Shown one piece after another: positions 52,049 through 64,000 of a stretch of 64,000 nt of DNA. The translations under genes were made by a program, and so were the position numbers. The first letter of the stretch is position 1, and the number at the start of each line of letters is the position of its first letter. Source of the stretch: Lama guanicoe (taxonomy: Eukaryota); the NCBI GenBank assembly GCA_013239625.1, contig MU054117.1:4330677-4394676 (forward strand), written 5' to 3'. Below the pieces are notes generated by a model. It had not been told where the DNA came from. It saw only the letters and a list, made by a program, of their open reading frames with translations, and did no database searches.

Positions 52049-53937
52049 CTGCAGGAGGGGGAGAAACCAAAACCGTCTGGGAGGAACCTCCGGGAACGTC
52101 TCAGCCCCGTGAACCCACGCTCCCGGGGACGGATCAGTCCCCACCCGAGAGGGACAGCGTTTTTTAACACGCGTGCCCAGTACCCCGGGAGCCCCCTAGA
52201 CACATGCACACTTCCCCAGAGTCTTGAGTCCCTTGAAAGCCAAAGCTTTCACCCACCCTAGGACCTGAACAGGAATCTTTCTTCCTTCTCGGCGACCCAC
52301 ACAGCCATTCAAAGTTGATTTATTGTCAACCTACGTCTCTAGCCACGTAAATATTTAACTTTAATCCAAATCTTCTTCCAAATATCTCCAAAGACAAATA
52401 CTGCTCTAAAATGTCGACGCTGACCAGGCCTTGTAAATGTTCTGCCGAAGATAAATGTTTCTCACTATTTATTACAGCAGGATCTAAGCTGCATGACTTT
52501 TAACCCGAGGGGCCGTAAGGAAGAGAGGAACACTGGAATTCAGTCACTCTGGGGTGATGAATAAAGATTCAAAACTCGCAGCTTTACCTGGTAGAACAAA
52601 GTATTGGGGTGGTATTCGCGGGACCCCAAGATGTCAGACGCAGAAGGACAGTGACTCATTCTTTTCAGACACGTGGTCTGCACTCACCCCGTGCCAGGCC
52701 CTCGGCCACGCCCCGCATCCAGCCCCAAGCCCCCCACACAAATTCCCACCCCACCAGGCCAAATGTGCAGTCCCCTGGTCACTGCTCCCTTTCTCCAGTG
52801 TCCTGAAAAATGGCAGTGTCCACCAGACCACAGTAGAAGTCAAGGGGGCTGGGGCGGAGACCCAGGCCACCTAGAACCTTGTCCACGTGCCCTCGGCCTT
52901 TGAGGTAACTTGCCCTCAGGGCCCAGTTAGGCGGAGGGGACAGCAGTGCCCTGGGCCCTAGGGAGAGTCCCCTGTGGCATGCCTCCCAGTGATGTCCCCA
53001 GCCTGCTTTGGGACCATTGTCCACGCCTATTGGCAGCTGCAGCATGTACCCCGGTAGCCGCCCTCCCCATGTGCCCGAGGAGGGAGGCAGTGAGAGAGCT
53101 CTGCGTGCTCAGAACCCCCAGCCTGTTGGAGTCACCCCGTTCTTTATTCCCGACCATCTCTCTGTTGGCACAGGGAGGCGGGCGGGCAGTTAATTCCTGC
53201 CTCCTTGTGGTCCACATGATTTAGGGTGTCAATCCTTGGTTAACAGAGCGTGAGTGGCAGGCTTTCTAGTTTCCTGTGTTTGCTTGAAAATTCACCCCGG
53301 GCAGCGCTCACTCTTGTCTGTACAGCTGGAGGCGGTGGGGTCTACTCTGGCAGCTGTGGCCAGGGCCCCTGCCTTCCCCGGGGCATTTAAGTTCTCAAGT
53401 CTAGGGTCCCGTAAGGAGCCGTGAGGACCCTTTCAACATTCCAGAACAAGTGCCCGCGTGACTCAGACCAGGACTTCCAGAAGCTCAGGGCTCGCCCCGA
53501 GGACACCACCTCAGCTCCCCGAGAGCTGGGGGTGCCGCGACCTGGGCTCCCTCCCGTTACAAGAGCTGTGTCCCGGGACCCTGGCCGCGCCCCACGGAGG
53601 GGTCGGGGCTCCGTCTCACTTTCCTCCCTGCACCCCCACCTCTAGTGAAAAAGAAACCTGACTTCCACCGACCAGGGCTGCCCCTGGACTGGAGGTGACC
53701 TCCAGGGACAAGAAGAGACCACACGCTTCCCTCAGCAAAAGAGGCTAAAACCTAAACCTCCTGGGAGATAATTCCTGGAGAGGCATCTAGTCTGTCCTCA
53801 AAGACGGGGACGCAAGCTAAACGCCTGCTCTCAGCGCACAGAGCGAGGGCGTCCTCCCCAGAGCGGCGCTTCTGAGCCGCCTGCGGGCTGGACAGCAAGG
53901 CATCGCTTCAGACCACCCGGCGGGGGGAGGGTTTTAC

Positions 53938-54073
53938 CAAGTCTGGCAGTGGTCAGGGTCCCCGGGGTTCAGGGTGATCTTCTTTCCCGGGGCTAAGCGC
54001 CGGCCGGCCACCTCACACACCGGGCAGTCTTTGGGGTCCACGCAGGTCTGCAAAAGCTCATCCAAGATTTTCC
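53938..54073 (-). CDS. VWF: VWF exon 27 equivalent (E3)
   Basis: 136 nt, ag/gtaaaa; (G)[44 protein letters not shown]; read by hand, not in the ORF track. Confidence 0.96.
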
Positions 54074-54625
54074 CTGCACGACAAACCTCTCGTCAGGGGC
54101 CAAAGCTCCCGCCTTCCGCACTGAGAGACCCCCTGGAACTAAAGGGCCTGTCCCAGCTCCGCCAGCCGCCCCCAGGGGTCGCCTCACAGCTTAGGGACCT
54201 CCGTCCTTCTTCCGGCCTTGACTGACCCTTCTGCAAAACCGGGCGGGGGCGCTCCTCCCCCCACCCCGCCGCCCCGAGACCCCAGCAAGTCTCCGAAGCT
54301 CTCTTTGCCCCACGGAAGAACACACTGGCTAACCCTCACCCCTGCTACCAGTCCTGCAGCCACTAAGCACAGGCGCTGGGTTACGTTTAAGCGGAAACTA
54401 AGTAGCACTGAATAAAACTGAGAGCGCCCCTCCCCTGAGCCACCCTGGACTAGAGCCCGCCCGTCACCGCAGAAAGCGCAGGGGGCAGCGCTGCTCTAGG
54501 GGAGCCCATCACCGGGCTCCCAGAGGGGAGCGTGGTCCGGGCGAGGCTGGGGAGGCCCAGGACGGAGTCGCAGTCCGGGCCCCCGCCCCCGCCCCCCCGC
54601 CGTCCCCCGCGGCCCGGGGCCTCAC

Positions 54626-54784
54626 CTGGCGGGCAGTGTGCGTGGCAGCCCTCCACGCACCGCGCGGGGCAGGCCAGCGGCTCGGGGTGCTGGCACGTGA
54701 CGGGGCAGGCGGGCGCGCAGCTGTTGTAGCGCCATTCGCACTCATAGCCGCCCTCCCGCAGGTTCCTCTCCTCACAGCTCTGGG
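54626..54784 (-). CDS. VWF: VWF exon 26 equivalent (TIL3)
   Basis: 159 nt, ag/gtgagg; (P)[52 protein letters not shown]. Confidence 0.97.
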
Positions 54785-55327
54785 CTGAGCGGACACAAGC
54801 GGGCACGGCCGTTACCGGAGCCCCGGGGACCCTGCGCCGGGCGCGCCCAAGGCCTCGACAGACAGTGTGGGGCCGGCGGCTGCGAGGACCCCGGGGGCGG
54901 TGATGGAGCCCGGGACCTCCGGAGTCACGCCTGCCAGAGGCGTCGGGGTCTTGAGAGCAACCCAACCAGGAGCCTCAATCTGTTTTCCTTACAAAGCCGA
55001 CCGGCGCGAACACGCAAGGAAGAGGCTCCCGGAGCGCTCGCGCCCACCGGCCTGCATGGCGGCGTCTGCCTGCCGACTCACTGACTCCCTTCTCCTCCTC
55101 CTCCCTGCTCCCACGCTCCCTCTTCCCGATTCCTCCAGAAGGGTCACTACCCGCTCACATCTTCAGTCCTGTCTCTCCACACGCACACCCACGTCTTAAT
55201 CCCCTTAGGCCCCGGCCCGCACCCCAACATGGGTCTCTGTCCTCCCGCACCCCGCAAGGCCTCGAGGTCCAGATGCGTGAGGGGCGAGGGGAGGGTGCCT
55301 GGGATCGCGAGGGACATCGGGACTCAC

Positions 55328-55484
55328 GGCACAACGTGGCCGTCCTCCAGGCCACCACGCTGCCGTGCTGGGCACACACGTGGGCGTAGGCAGCAACAGT
55401 GTCACAGAAGCAGGCGCAGTCCCCAATGGACTCACAGGAGCAGGTGTCGTAGATGCAGGTGTCCAGGTATGGCTCCGGGTCCAC
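55328..55484 (-). CDS. VWF: VWF exon 25 equivalent (C8-3, multimerisation cysteines)
   Basis: 157 nt, ag/gtgagt; [52 protein letters not shown]. Confidence 0.97.
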
Positions 55485-56959
55485 CTGCAGGGAGACACAG
55501 GGGGCCTGGGTCTGGGATGGGAGCTGGGGTGGACTCGGGCGCTCTGGCTCTTGGTCTGGGCAGGAACGTTCTGGTGGCCAGAGTAGGGAGGGGGGCCCCG
55601 GGGTAGAAGGAAAAATGAGAGGCAACGTTCCCAAGGAGGGAAGGAGGAATGGAGTGCAGAGACAGAATTCCTATGTTCTCATCCGGATTCCAGCAAGAAA
55701 GAGGGAATAAAGCAGCCCTGCCCACCTCTCATAGAACAGAGCTGCCTACAGATTTCCCAAAAGGACATTCCTTTCCGTCCGTCTGTCCACTTACCTGCTC
55801 AGCTATCCATCCACCCCCATAACCCACTCCCACCCTCCTGGGTACCTGGGTGTTTTACATAAACACAGCACACACACACTGGTCACACTCTTTCTGGCCT
55901 CCACGCAGCGAAGAGACTGAGGAAACACATCAGGACCCATTCGCCTTGCCTCGCCGAGGTGCTGCAGGCTAGTGGGCCGGACAGCGGGGCGGGCCGGGCG
56001 ATCCTGGACTCTGACCCCAAGCCTACCCGAGGGGTAGCCCACCCGCCGCCCACGTTCCATCACAGTCACCACCTCCAGCTTTCACCTGCCCCAGACATGC
56101 CCCACACACCCCGGCTTGTTCAGGGCAGTTGTGATGGAGTGAATTCAGACATTAAGTGGGTCACTGTGTGCAAAAGTCCTGATTTCCCTGACCCCTCACC
56201 GTCTCTTCCAGCTCCAGTGCCCAGGGTCTCCACCAGACCAGGGAATCTAAGAACCCGCTGGAGTCTCAGGGACTAAGAGTCACTGGGTGGACAGGAGGAG
56301 CGCTGAGATGCAGGTGCTCGTGCCGTCACTCCCCTGGGACAGGGGCCACGTGTGTACACGGCAGTGTGTGTGCGTGTGTGTGTATATGTTCATATATACA
56401 CAAGTACCCCTTACACACACGTGTGCGTCTATACAGTCATATAGAGGCAGAGAGAAACTGTGGGGTATTCCTCCTCACCAGTGAGAGCAAGACACAAAAA
56501 GGAGCCACAAAATGAGGGCTCACAACCACAACCACAGGCTTCAAGGCCAGGAAACAGCTTCCATGAGACGAGACCCGGGAACCCCGGGCAGGGACGGGGT
56601 GCCTGCGGCCAGCGACACGGCAGAAGCAGGAGAAACAAACAAACAAACGACCAGAAACGCCACCCTCGTGTTGGAGACGAGATAAGCTGCGGGGGAGAAG
56701 CTCTAAGACTGAGCCTGAAAGAGCAGCAGGGGCAGATCCCCAGAGACCCGCACGCTGCGCAGAAGAAAAATGATTTTCTCCCCTCATAAACCATCGCTTA
56801 CTCTTTGTGCTGCCCAGCCTGCAGCCAAGAGAGGTGAGCAGACGCAGGTCATTTCTGAGGCTCCCAGTCACGTCCGCACTTAGACGCACCCACTCCCGGG
56901 ACCCAAGCCCCTGCGCCAGCCCCTGGCGCTCCCGGCCCCCAGGCGCCCGCCGCCCTCAC

Positions 56960-57073
56960 CAGCATGTTGCAGTCCCGGAAAATGTCACTGGTGAGGATCC
57001 TGCAGGAGGAGTCCACCATCGTCTGCTTTAGGACGCTGCTGCGGCAGGTGGCAGGGGACGCGTCCAGCGGCAC
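56960..57073 (-). CDS. VWF: VWF exon 24 equivalent
   Basis: 114 nt, ag/gtgagg; [38 protein letters not shown]. Confidence 0.96.
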
Positions 57074-57197
57074 CTGGGGAGCCGGGCAGGGACACCCAGG
57101 CGGACTCAACACAGTCAGCCTGTAAGGACCCAGGAGGCCCTCTCCCAGAGCCCCGCCGCCCACCGCCCACGGGCCACACACAGGGGGCCCAGCGCAC

Positions 57198-57338
57198 CTT
57201 CCTGGCGTCAGCGCACTGCGCGCTCACTTTCCAGGAGTTCCCGAAGTCCACGGGGTCCTCCTCCACCTGGAGGCTGCTGCTGGTGAGGTCATTGTTCTGG
57301 ACGCCGTCGAAAGTCCCACACAGGCCACACACCTGCTC
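57198..57338 (-). CDS. VWF: VWF exon 23 equivalent (D3, CGLC motif)
   Basis: 141 nt, ag/gtgcgc; [47 protein letters not shown]. Confidence 0.97.
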
Positions 57339-58409
57339 CTGAGGACAAGGTGGGAGCATAAGCTTCACAGACCTCCGAGCAAACCCTCCGAGTCAGGAAA
57401 AGGAGGGACCAGGTGGCAAAGGAGGCAGGCTCGCCTGAGGAAGAGGAGGATGGGACGAGGTCAGGGAGGGAGACCCTGAGGGAGACCAGAGTAACCAGCA
57501 AAGCCTCCTGGCCAAGGCCTTTCCCGGCTTCCGCACTGACCCCATGTTAAGGTGAGGGAAACCGAGGTCATGGACAAAGGGAGGCAGCCCGCCCATGCCC
57601 CTGAGATGGCCAGTGAGGCAGCCTGGGCCTGGCGTCTGCAGGATGAACCATCACCTGCCCCACGAAAGGCCTGAGCAGAAGAGGAGCTGGTTCCGCGTTA
57701 AATCGGTGAGTGTAAGAGGTCCAAGGAGGGAATGTTCTCGTCCTACTTGACTGTGGACCGGCAAGTCCCTTACCTGGGGGCCTGTAGCCTGTTCAGAGCA
57801 GGCTGGCCAGGATTCTGCTGTGAACTAAATACCACCAGAGGTGGCACAGCATCTTATTTCTGTGTCCATCCCTCACGAGGTGCAGTATACAAGTTCTGAA
57901 CAGCTAATAAATGAATAGATGGGGCCATCCCACAAGAACTGTGGACAGAACTGGAGCTATTTGTCCTGGAAAAGAAAAGGAGCCAGGCTCTTAGAACACA
58001 GCTGGGTCCCTATCTTGGGACAAAGAGATGCGACTTGTTCTGTTCTGCTGGGAGTTAAGTAAGAAGAATGTTCTTGTGGGTGGACAGAAGGACAAAGACC
58101 TTTACGTGGCCTCACAGCCCACATGGTATGGCCCCTGCCTCCTCCCTGCCCTTGTAAACCACCGGTCACCCCAAGTCCCTCCTCTCCAGCCACTCCGGCC
58201 TCCTTGTTCAAACACTCCAAACGCTGTCCACCTCAGGGCCTTGGCACGTGCTGACCCGCCTGCCTAAATTCTCACGTCCAGATAGTCACATGGCTCCCTC
58301 CCTCCCTTCCCCAAAGACCCTACGCACACATCATCTTTTCAGACAGTTTCATCAGACCAAGTCATCTACAATGAGTAACATCCCCAGTAGAATATGAGCT
58401 CCACTGGGG

Positions 58410-58904
58410 TGTGGTAGACAGAACCACGGCCCCCCGAGAAGATGTCCACGTCCTAAGCCCCAGACCCAGGAATATGTTAACACACATGACAAGATGTGAC
58501 GCGTTTACACCTTTGCAGCTGTGATTAGGTTAAAGGTCTTGAGGTGGGGGAGATGGTCCTGGGTCATCTGCGTGGGCCTGGTGTCATCACGGGGTCTTAT
58601 AAGGGGCACAAGAGGGGTCAGAGTGAGAAAGACGATGTGACGGAGGGAAGTGGGGGCGAGGGGGGGCGCTGTGCTGTTGGTTTTGAAGATGGAGGATGGG
58701 ACCGCAGCCAAGGGATGCAGGCAGCCCCCAGAAACCAGAAGAGGCACAGACACAGATTCTCCCCTAAGGCCTCCAGAAGGAATGCAGCCCTGCCAACCAA
58801 TTTGTACTTCTGACCTGCAGAACCAGAAGAGAATCATTTGTGTTGCTTTTTTAAGCCACTGAGTTGGCAGTAATCGGTTATAGCAACCACAGGAAAGTAA
58901 TACA
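58410..58904. mobile_element. MaLR solo LTR (MLT1C/D-like)
   Basis: TG...CA ends (tgtggtagacag...ggaaagtaataca) with internal gcagccaagggatgcaggcagcc...gattctcccctaaggcctccagaaggaatgcagccctgccaac. Confidence 0.8.
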
Positions 58905-58936
58905 AGGGTAAGAGATACACATACAAATCTAATACC

Positions 58937-58959
58937 TCTGTCTGTCTACCTATCCATCC

Positions 58960-58992
<33 letters not shown>

Positions 58993-59000
58993 CCTACCTA
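58937..59000. repeat. Compound (TCTG/TCCA/TCTA)n tetranucleotide STR
   Basis: tctgtctgtctacctatccatccatctatctatctatc...tacctaccta, in VWF intron 22. Confidence 0.92.
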
Positions 59001-59655
59001 TACGTAGCCATTTCCCGCTGTGCCCACAGTGCCTAGAACAGTGCTTGACACGTGACAGGCGCTCAGCAAGGGTTTGCTGAACAGGTGAGTGACGTGTTAC
59101 TGCTTTCCAGAAATGGAACGGGCTCCCACCAGGAGTGCCGGCTGAGGATGAAGGATGCTATGGGAGATGCTGGGGAGGGCGTTCCTGCCACCAGCACAGA
59201 CAGAGCTCTTGCCACATACATGCTGGTTAGAGAAAACGCAGTCCCAGCCAACCGCCGGAAAGTGGACAAATACTGCAAGCCTTCCCCTCAGCAGTGCTGG
59301 CCCGTGGCTCCGCGAGAAGGCAGCACCTGGGTGCTGTGCCGTGTTACAGTCACTTCGTGCGTGGCTGTTTGCCCCTTCAGGGTAAGAGACTTTAAGAAAA
59401 GCTACTGCCCAGGTCTTTTCCTTCCTTCCTTCTTTTGTGCATATAAACTACATGCCTAGCAAGGCCAGTCAAGGAACGGTCTGCAGGGTCCAGAGACCCT
59501 CCATCCTTCCCACGGGCAGCTAGTCTCAGGAAACAGCCGGAGCGAATTCGGATCCACGAGGCCACGATCTTATTTACCTGGGGAAGGGGACTGCATTAGG
59601 CTTCCACCTACCTTCCCCCCAGACGAGGAAGAGGAGGAGGAGAAAGGCCACCTAC

Positions 59656-59802
59656 CTGGTAAGTCTGCTTCAGGAACACGGAGATGCTCAGGTGGCGGTC
59701 CCAGACCACGGAGATGGCCTTGCCCAGCAGGACCGTGATGTACCGGCCGGACTCCACCACTTCGAAGTGCGTCTCATCTTTCATGGGCCTCTTCACACTC
59801 AC
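59656..59802 (-). CDS. VWF: VWF exon 22 equivalent (D3)
   Basis: 147 nt, ag/gtaggt; [49 protein letters not shown]. Confidence 0.97.
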
Positions 59803-59819
59803 CTGCAGGTATAAATGGG

Positions 59820-60736
59820 GGTATGTAATATACATGTATTTATGTGTGTATATACAATATGTGTGTGTGTAATATATGTATGTTTGTATGTGCATACATC
59901 TGTATATATAATACATATGAGAGTATATAACATGTGCGTATGTGCATATATTTATGTCTAGTACGTGTATACAAGAGTGTATTGTGTGTACATTTGTGTA
60001 CATAATAAATACAAATGTGGGTATATGACATGTATATATTATGTATACATGTGTATATAGTATGTACATGTTTATGTGTGTGTATTTGTGTGTATAACAT
60101 GTATGTGTGCATGTGTATATGTGTATGTATCTGTATGTGTATACATTCATATATATAATACAGGTATATGTTATATGTATGTGTACATGTGTGTATACTT
60201 GTATATATAATATATGTGTGTATACACTTGTGTATATAATGTATGTAAATGTGGGGCTCTATGCTTATATGTGTGTATAATTGTATATACATTATATATG
60301 TATATACTCTATGTATATAATGGGTGTATATATTTATACATATATATGTGTGTATATACATTTGCATATATAATGCATACATATGTCAGTATATATGTGT
60401 GTATCTATATTTATATGTGTAATAAATGTATATGTGTGTATGTGTGCACACATCTGTGTATATAATGTATATATGTAGATATGTGTATATGTGTGTATAT
60501 TTATACGTATACTACATGCACATGTATGTGTGTATACACTTGTGTAGGTAATGTATATATATGTGGGGCTATAATATGTTTCTATGTTGTATGTATGTGT
60601 ATACATATTTGTATATACAGTATATGTGTATCTTACATATCTATATGTGTGTACATATATTTATACATGTGTGCAATGTGTACACGTGTGGGTATATAAC
60701 ACACATTATGTGCATGTGTACATATATTTACATATG
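59820..60736. repeat. About 0.9 kb degenerate (TA/TG)n alternating purine-pyrimidine tract
   Basis: Continuous tatatgtgtgtatacatg-type low complexity filling most of VWF intron 21. Confidence 0.95.
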
Positions 60737-61018
60737 GAAGTCCGCCCACCCTCCGCTCTCTACGCCGCCCCGGCGGTCCACCCTGGCTCTCCCCACGCTG
60801 GAGCAGATATATTTACACACTCTTCTCCACACATGGCCCTGCACTTCCTTTTACTAAATGGATCGTGTCACCCTCATGAGGCTGATGGTACAGCTCCGCC
60901 TCACGCTCCTCAACGGCTGCACAAAGTCCCATCCGCCCGCGTCCCGCACGCACGCCTGGCACCTGCTCTTCGTCAGCGGACAGAGGGGTCGGGGGTGGAG
61001 GATGTGGACAGCACTCAC

Positions 61019-61153
61019 CTCCCCATCAAACAGCTCGATCTCCCCTCCTTCCACCAGGATGGTGACCCGCTTCCTGCACTTCAGGGAGGGGTAGCCGCAG
61101 CCCTCATTCCCCACCAGGATCCGGAAGGTCCCAGGGTTACCGCCACAGTGATC
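61019..61153 (-). CDS. VWF: VWF exon 21 equivalent (D3)
   Basis: 135 nt, ag/gtgagt; [45 protein letters not shown]. Confidence 0.97.
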
Positions 61154-61561
61154 CTGGGGGAGAAGGAGCATCAGGAGAGAAACAGGAGTCCTGCGACCCC
61201 TCCCCAGATCAGCATGGCACCTGGTGGCGCTACGTTCTGGTGGAATCCCTCTGGGCTGCGGGCCAGAACTGTTACCAAAGGTCGCTGGAACCGGCAACCC
61301 CAGCTGGCCTACCACCTCCAGTTGGGAACAGAGGGCGAGGGGCGCTGTCTTCAGTGATGCACTGCATACAAAGGAACCAAAGGGGACACGCTTCTGGCAA
61401 ATACCCCCAGGAGCAGTACTTCTGGCTATTACCGGAGGGCCGACAGTGCTGGCTGCCACCACAGTGATGGGAAAGAACGACTCACCTTAGAAAAGCTAGG
61501 TGTGAGCCTGGTTTCTGCCACTTATTAGATGACATTGAGTCAGTCACTCACCTCTGTGATC

Positions 61562-61565
<4 letters not shown>

Positions 61566-61597
<32 letters not shown>

Positions 61598-61676
61598 ACA
61601 CAGAAACACCAACATACACATGTGCAGACATACGCAGACACAGACACACGTTCACACACACACACACACACACACG
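61566..61676. repeat. (CA)n microsatellites
   Basis: Two CA runs, at about 61566-61593 and 61653-61675. Confidence 0.92.
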
Positions 61677-62269
61677 CTCCTTAGGTAGAGAAGTGGGGGC
61701 ACCGGGCAGACAGACGGAGGGGAGGGAGGAGGGTCCGGGAGATGGCGGTGTGCCCGCCTCCAGCGTAAAGGGGCTTTACTTTCCCCCAGCAAGAAACCAG
61801 CTAGAACCGCGGAGCCAAGAGTGCGCGGTAGCGAGAAGGCCCTCACTGGACACAACCCAAGGCTCAGCGTAATACAACCACCGTCACGGCTTGGGGCCCT
61901 CCCGTAGGTTTCTGTGTGCATCATGGGAAGGGACGCGTGCAAAGGGAACGGACATGACTGAGCCCTCCCGGGCTAAGAGCTGTCAGTCAGTCCAAGGACC
62001 ACCCCTAAGCGCGGGAGTCCGAGGAGGGGAGAGAAAGAGCCGTGGCTCCTCCTCCCTCGATCTGCCCGCCCCCCGTGCCTGGAGGTGTGCTTTCTCTTTG
62101 CCAATAAGTCCTTCAAAATCTCGCTGCACAACACTGCGTCTCCCATCCGAATTCTTATCTTTCGGGTAAGACAAGAACTGGGGTCCTCTCCCTTCCGCTT
62201 TTGGGGTAACGCACTCACACCTGCATACCACAGACGACGTGCCCCTCTGTCACACGGCATCAGCCGACC

Positions 62270-62361
62270 TAACGGGACTGTCAGGTTAAAGGGGTTTGGT
62301 TGGGTTAATGGGATTGTTAGGTTAAACGGGTCTGAGTTGGGTTAATGGGGCTGTTAGGTTA
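62270..62361. repeat. 36-37 bp minisatellite, about 2.5 copies
   Basis: taacgggactgtcaggttaaaggggtttggttgggt / taatgggattgttaggttaaacgggtctgagttgggt / taatggggctgttaggtta. Confidence 0.8.
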
Positions 62362-63529
62362 CAGACGGAGCAAAGGTACAGGTGCTTTGTCATCAGCTGA
62401 GATTTTTCTGAAGGGGAAAGAGCTAAGTCCTGGTGACAGCCCCCAGAGAAGGAAGGAGGAGAGGGAGGGGACCCAGGACAAAGCACCAGGAGGGGACAGC
62501 AGCACAGGCCGAGGGGCAGAACACTGGCCGCCCACAAGGGGCATGACTTGGCGGGGGCTCTAAACTGGCCCCCTGGGCAGCTGTGCCCAGGCAGGAACCG
62601 CTGGGGTGGGAGGTCCGACCGGCCGTTCCTCATTGCGCTGAACTGTCCTGTTTTCTGGGTTCCCAGATTTGAACCTGGCTGGGGAGTGGAGCCCCAGAGC
62701 TGGCGTCACCCATCTTTTGCTACCAGGACTGGGAGGCAGACAGATAACAGAAAGACAGGCTTCCACATGTGATCCGTGGGAAAGGCCTAGACGGGGGTGC
62801 ACCGCGGGTTCTTGGGTGTGGGTGAAACCATTTCATGGTGTGTGTGCTTGCCTCCCCAGCACCCTGCCCGCCTCTCTGGGGCCAGCCGGGGCGGGGGCGG
62901 GGGCCAGGGGCTTGCTCCCTGCACCCTGGGCAGGCGTCATGCTCGGTCCCCTTTGCTGCCTGACTCTGGGGCTGAGGCTCCTGCGGATCCGCGGTCCTCC
63001 CTCTGGGCCGCACCACATCCCTCCTGTCCTTCCGCCAGGAACAGAGACAGAGAGACCACATTTGTTTAAGCTGCACGGAGTCCAGCCGTCTCATCCTCGT
63101 GGGAAAAGCACTCAGCGGTCCCTGCTCACCCACAGCGTGTCAACCAGCAAGAGACGCTCCCAGGACTCCCCGCGGCGGGAGAGGGAGGTGGGAGGGCCCT
63201 CTCTCACCAGCTGGGGCTCCCCACTGTGCCTCCGGACTGAGGCTGCGTCTGCCAGAAGGAAAGGAAGTCGCTCTCCCCAACTGCGGTGGGACTGGGGCCG
63301 ATGGGAGCCTGGCCCCACACCAACCCCAGCCAGCACACGAGCTTCTGTCCCGGTCCCCTGAGTGCCCAGGTGAGCTCGAGTTCCGAACTCCTGCTCCTCC
63401 GGGCATGTCTTTTGGGGCCTGGAAAATCACTCCCGTGGAAACCAGCCCCCAGGGCCGTCTGTGCAGACAGAGCAGCAGGACCTGGCCTGGAAAACCCCCA
63501 GCTGCTGCCCCCCGTCCCCCGGGCCTCAC

Positions 63530-63668
63530 CTGCACCAGGACGTACTGGCACTCCCCAGGGAACAGGTACTTGAGCCCATCGAAGGTGAGGTAGTGAGCCA
63601 GGCCCAGGGCCGAGCACGAGGCGTCACACACGTGGTCCGAGCAGTTCCACTTCCGGTCCCGACAGACG
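63530..63668 (-). CDS. VWF: VWF coding exon (human exon 20 equivalent), E'/D3 boundary
   Basis: 139 nt between ag and gtgagg; (C)[46 protein letters not shown]. Upstream exons lie beyond the window end. Confidence 0.97.
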
Positions 63669-64000
63669 CTGGGAAGAGGATGCAGGGGATGGTGGCCGGG
63701 TGCCTTGGGTAGGGGCAGGGCTGGGCATCGGAGGGGGCAGGGCTGGGCATCGGAAGAGCCAGGGCCACCCACCCTCCAGGAGGCCTCGGGAAGGGGGGTC
63801 TGTGGTTCGTGGACCCTGCCCTCCCGCCACATGGGGAAACCGGGCCAAAGACGGGCCCTGGTTGTCCGAGGTGACCCAGGCAGATGGAGGAAGAGGCCCA
63901 GTCACTCTGTCACCACCTGTTCCAGATGTGCTAAAGCCCCGCCTCCCCGGACGTCACCTGGGAGTGGCCACTGAGGGCCCAAAGCCCCTCTGAGACTAAT

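Noticed and set aside
51307..52167. 286-aa plus-strand ORF
   Set aside because: It is the antisense shadow of GC3-rich exon 28 and has no independent coding features.
44301..57338. Possibility that this is a VWF pseudogene (like human VWFP1, exons 23-34)
   Set aside because: Exons 20-52 are all present, in frame and with canonical splice sites, followed by a poly(A) signal and the syntenic ANO2 gene.
59608..60857. Y/I/H/T/C/V-rich ORFs
   Set aside because: They are translation artefacts of the (TA/TG)n tract; only the part overlapping exon 22 is coding.
62270..62361. 36-37 bp repeats of CRISPR-like length
   Set aside because: The copies are directly tandem with no unique spacers, there are no cas genes, and the context is a eukaryotic intron; it is a minisatellite.
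63712..63754. Tandem duplication of ggggcagggctgggcatcgga near the exon 20 acceptor
   Set aside because: It is a simple local duplication that leaves the acceptor intact, with no evidence of function.

Overview
This is mammalian genomic DNA, probably camelid: it carries tRNA-derived SINEs of the camelid type. Two genes lie head-to-tail on the minus strand. (1) VWF (von Willebrand factor), 3' two-thirds: 33 coding exons equivalent to human exons 20-52, from 63668 down to the stop at 12943, with AATAAA at 12831-12836. Every exon has GT-AG boundaries, compatible phases, no stops, and the lengths I recall for human VWF, so this is the intact gene and not a pseudogene. (2) ANO2/TMEM16B 5' end: CpG-island promoter, coding exon 1 (9321-9342), exon 2 (858-1042) and a candidate alternative first exon (197-217, MDPESLP). 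Introns hold ordinary L1, L2, MIR and LTR relics and microsatellites. I see no prokaryotic-type system. The most notable signal is a natural cysteine at VWF codon 1493 (CSVVLD), the position of the engineered N1493C lock that staples the A2 mechanosensor against ADAMTS13. Other notable VWF substitutions are N998T in the D3 CGLCGNFDG motif, an RGDY integrin loop and V1439E in A1. Human residue numbers and sequences are from memory, cross-checked by exon-length arithmetic, not by alignment.
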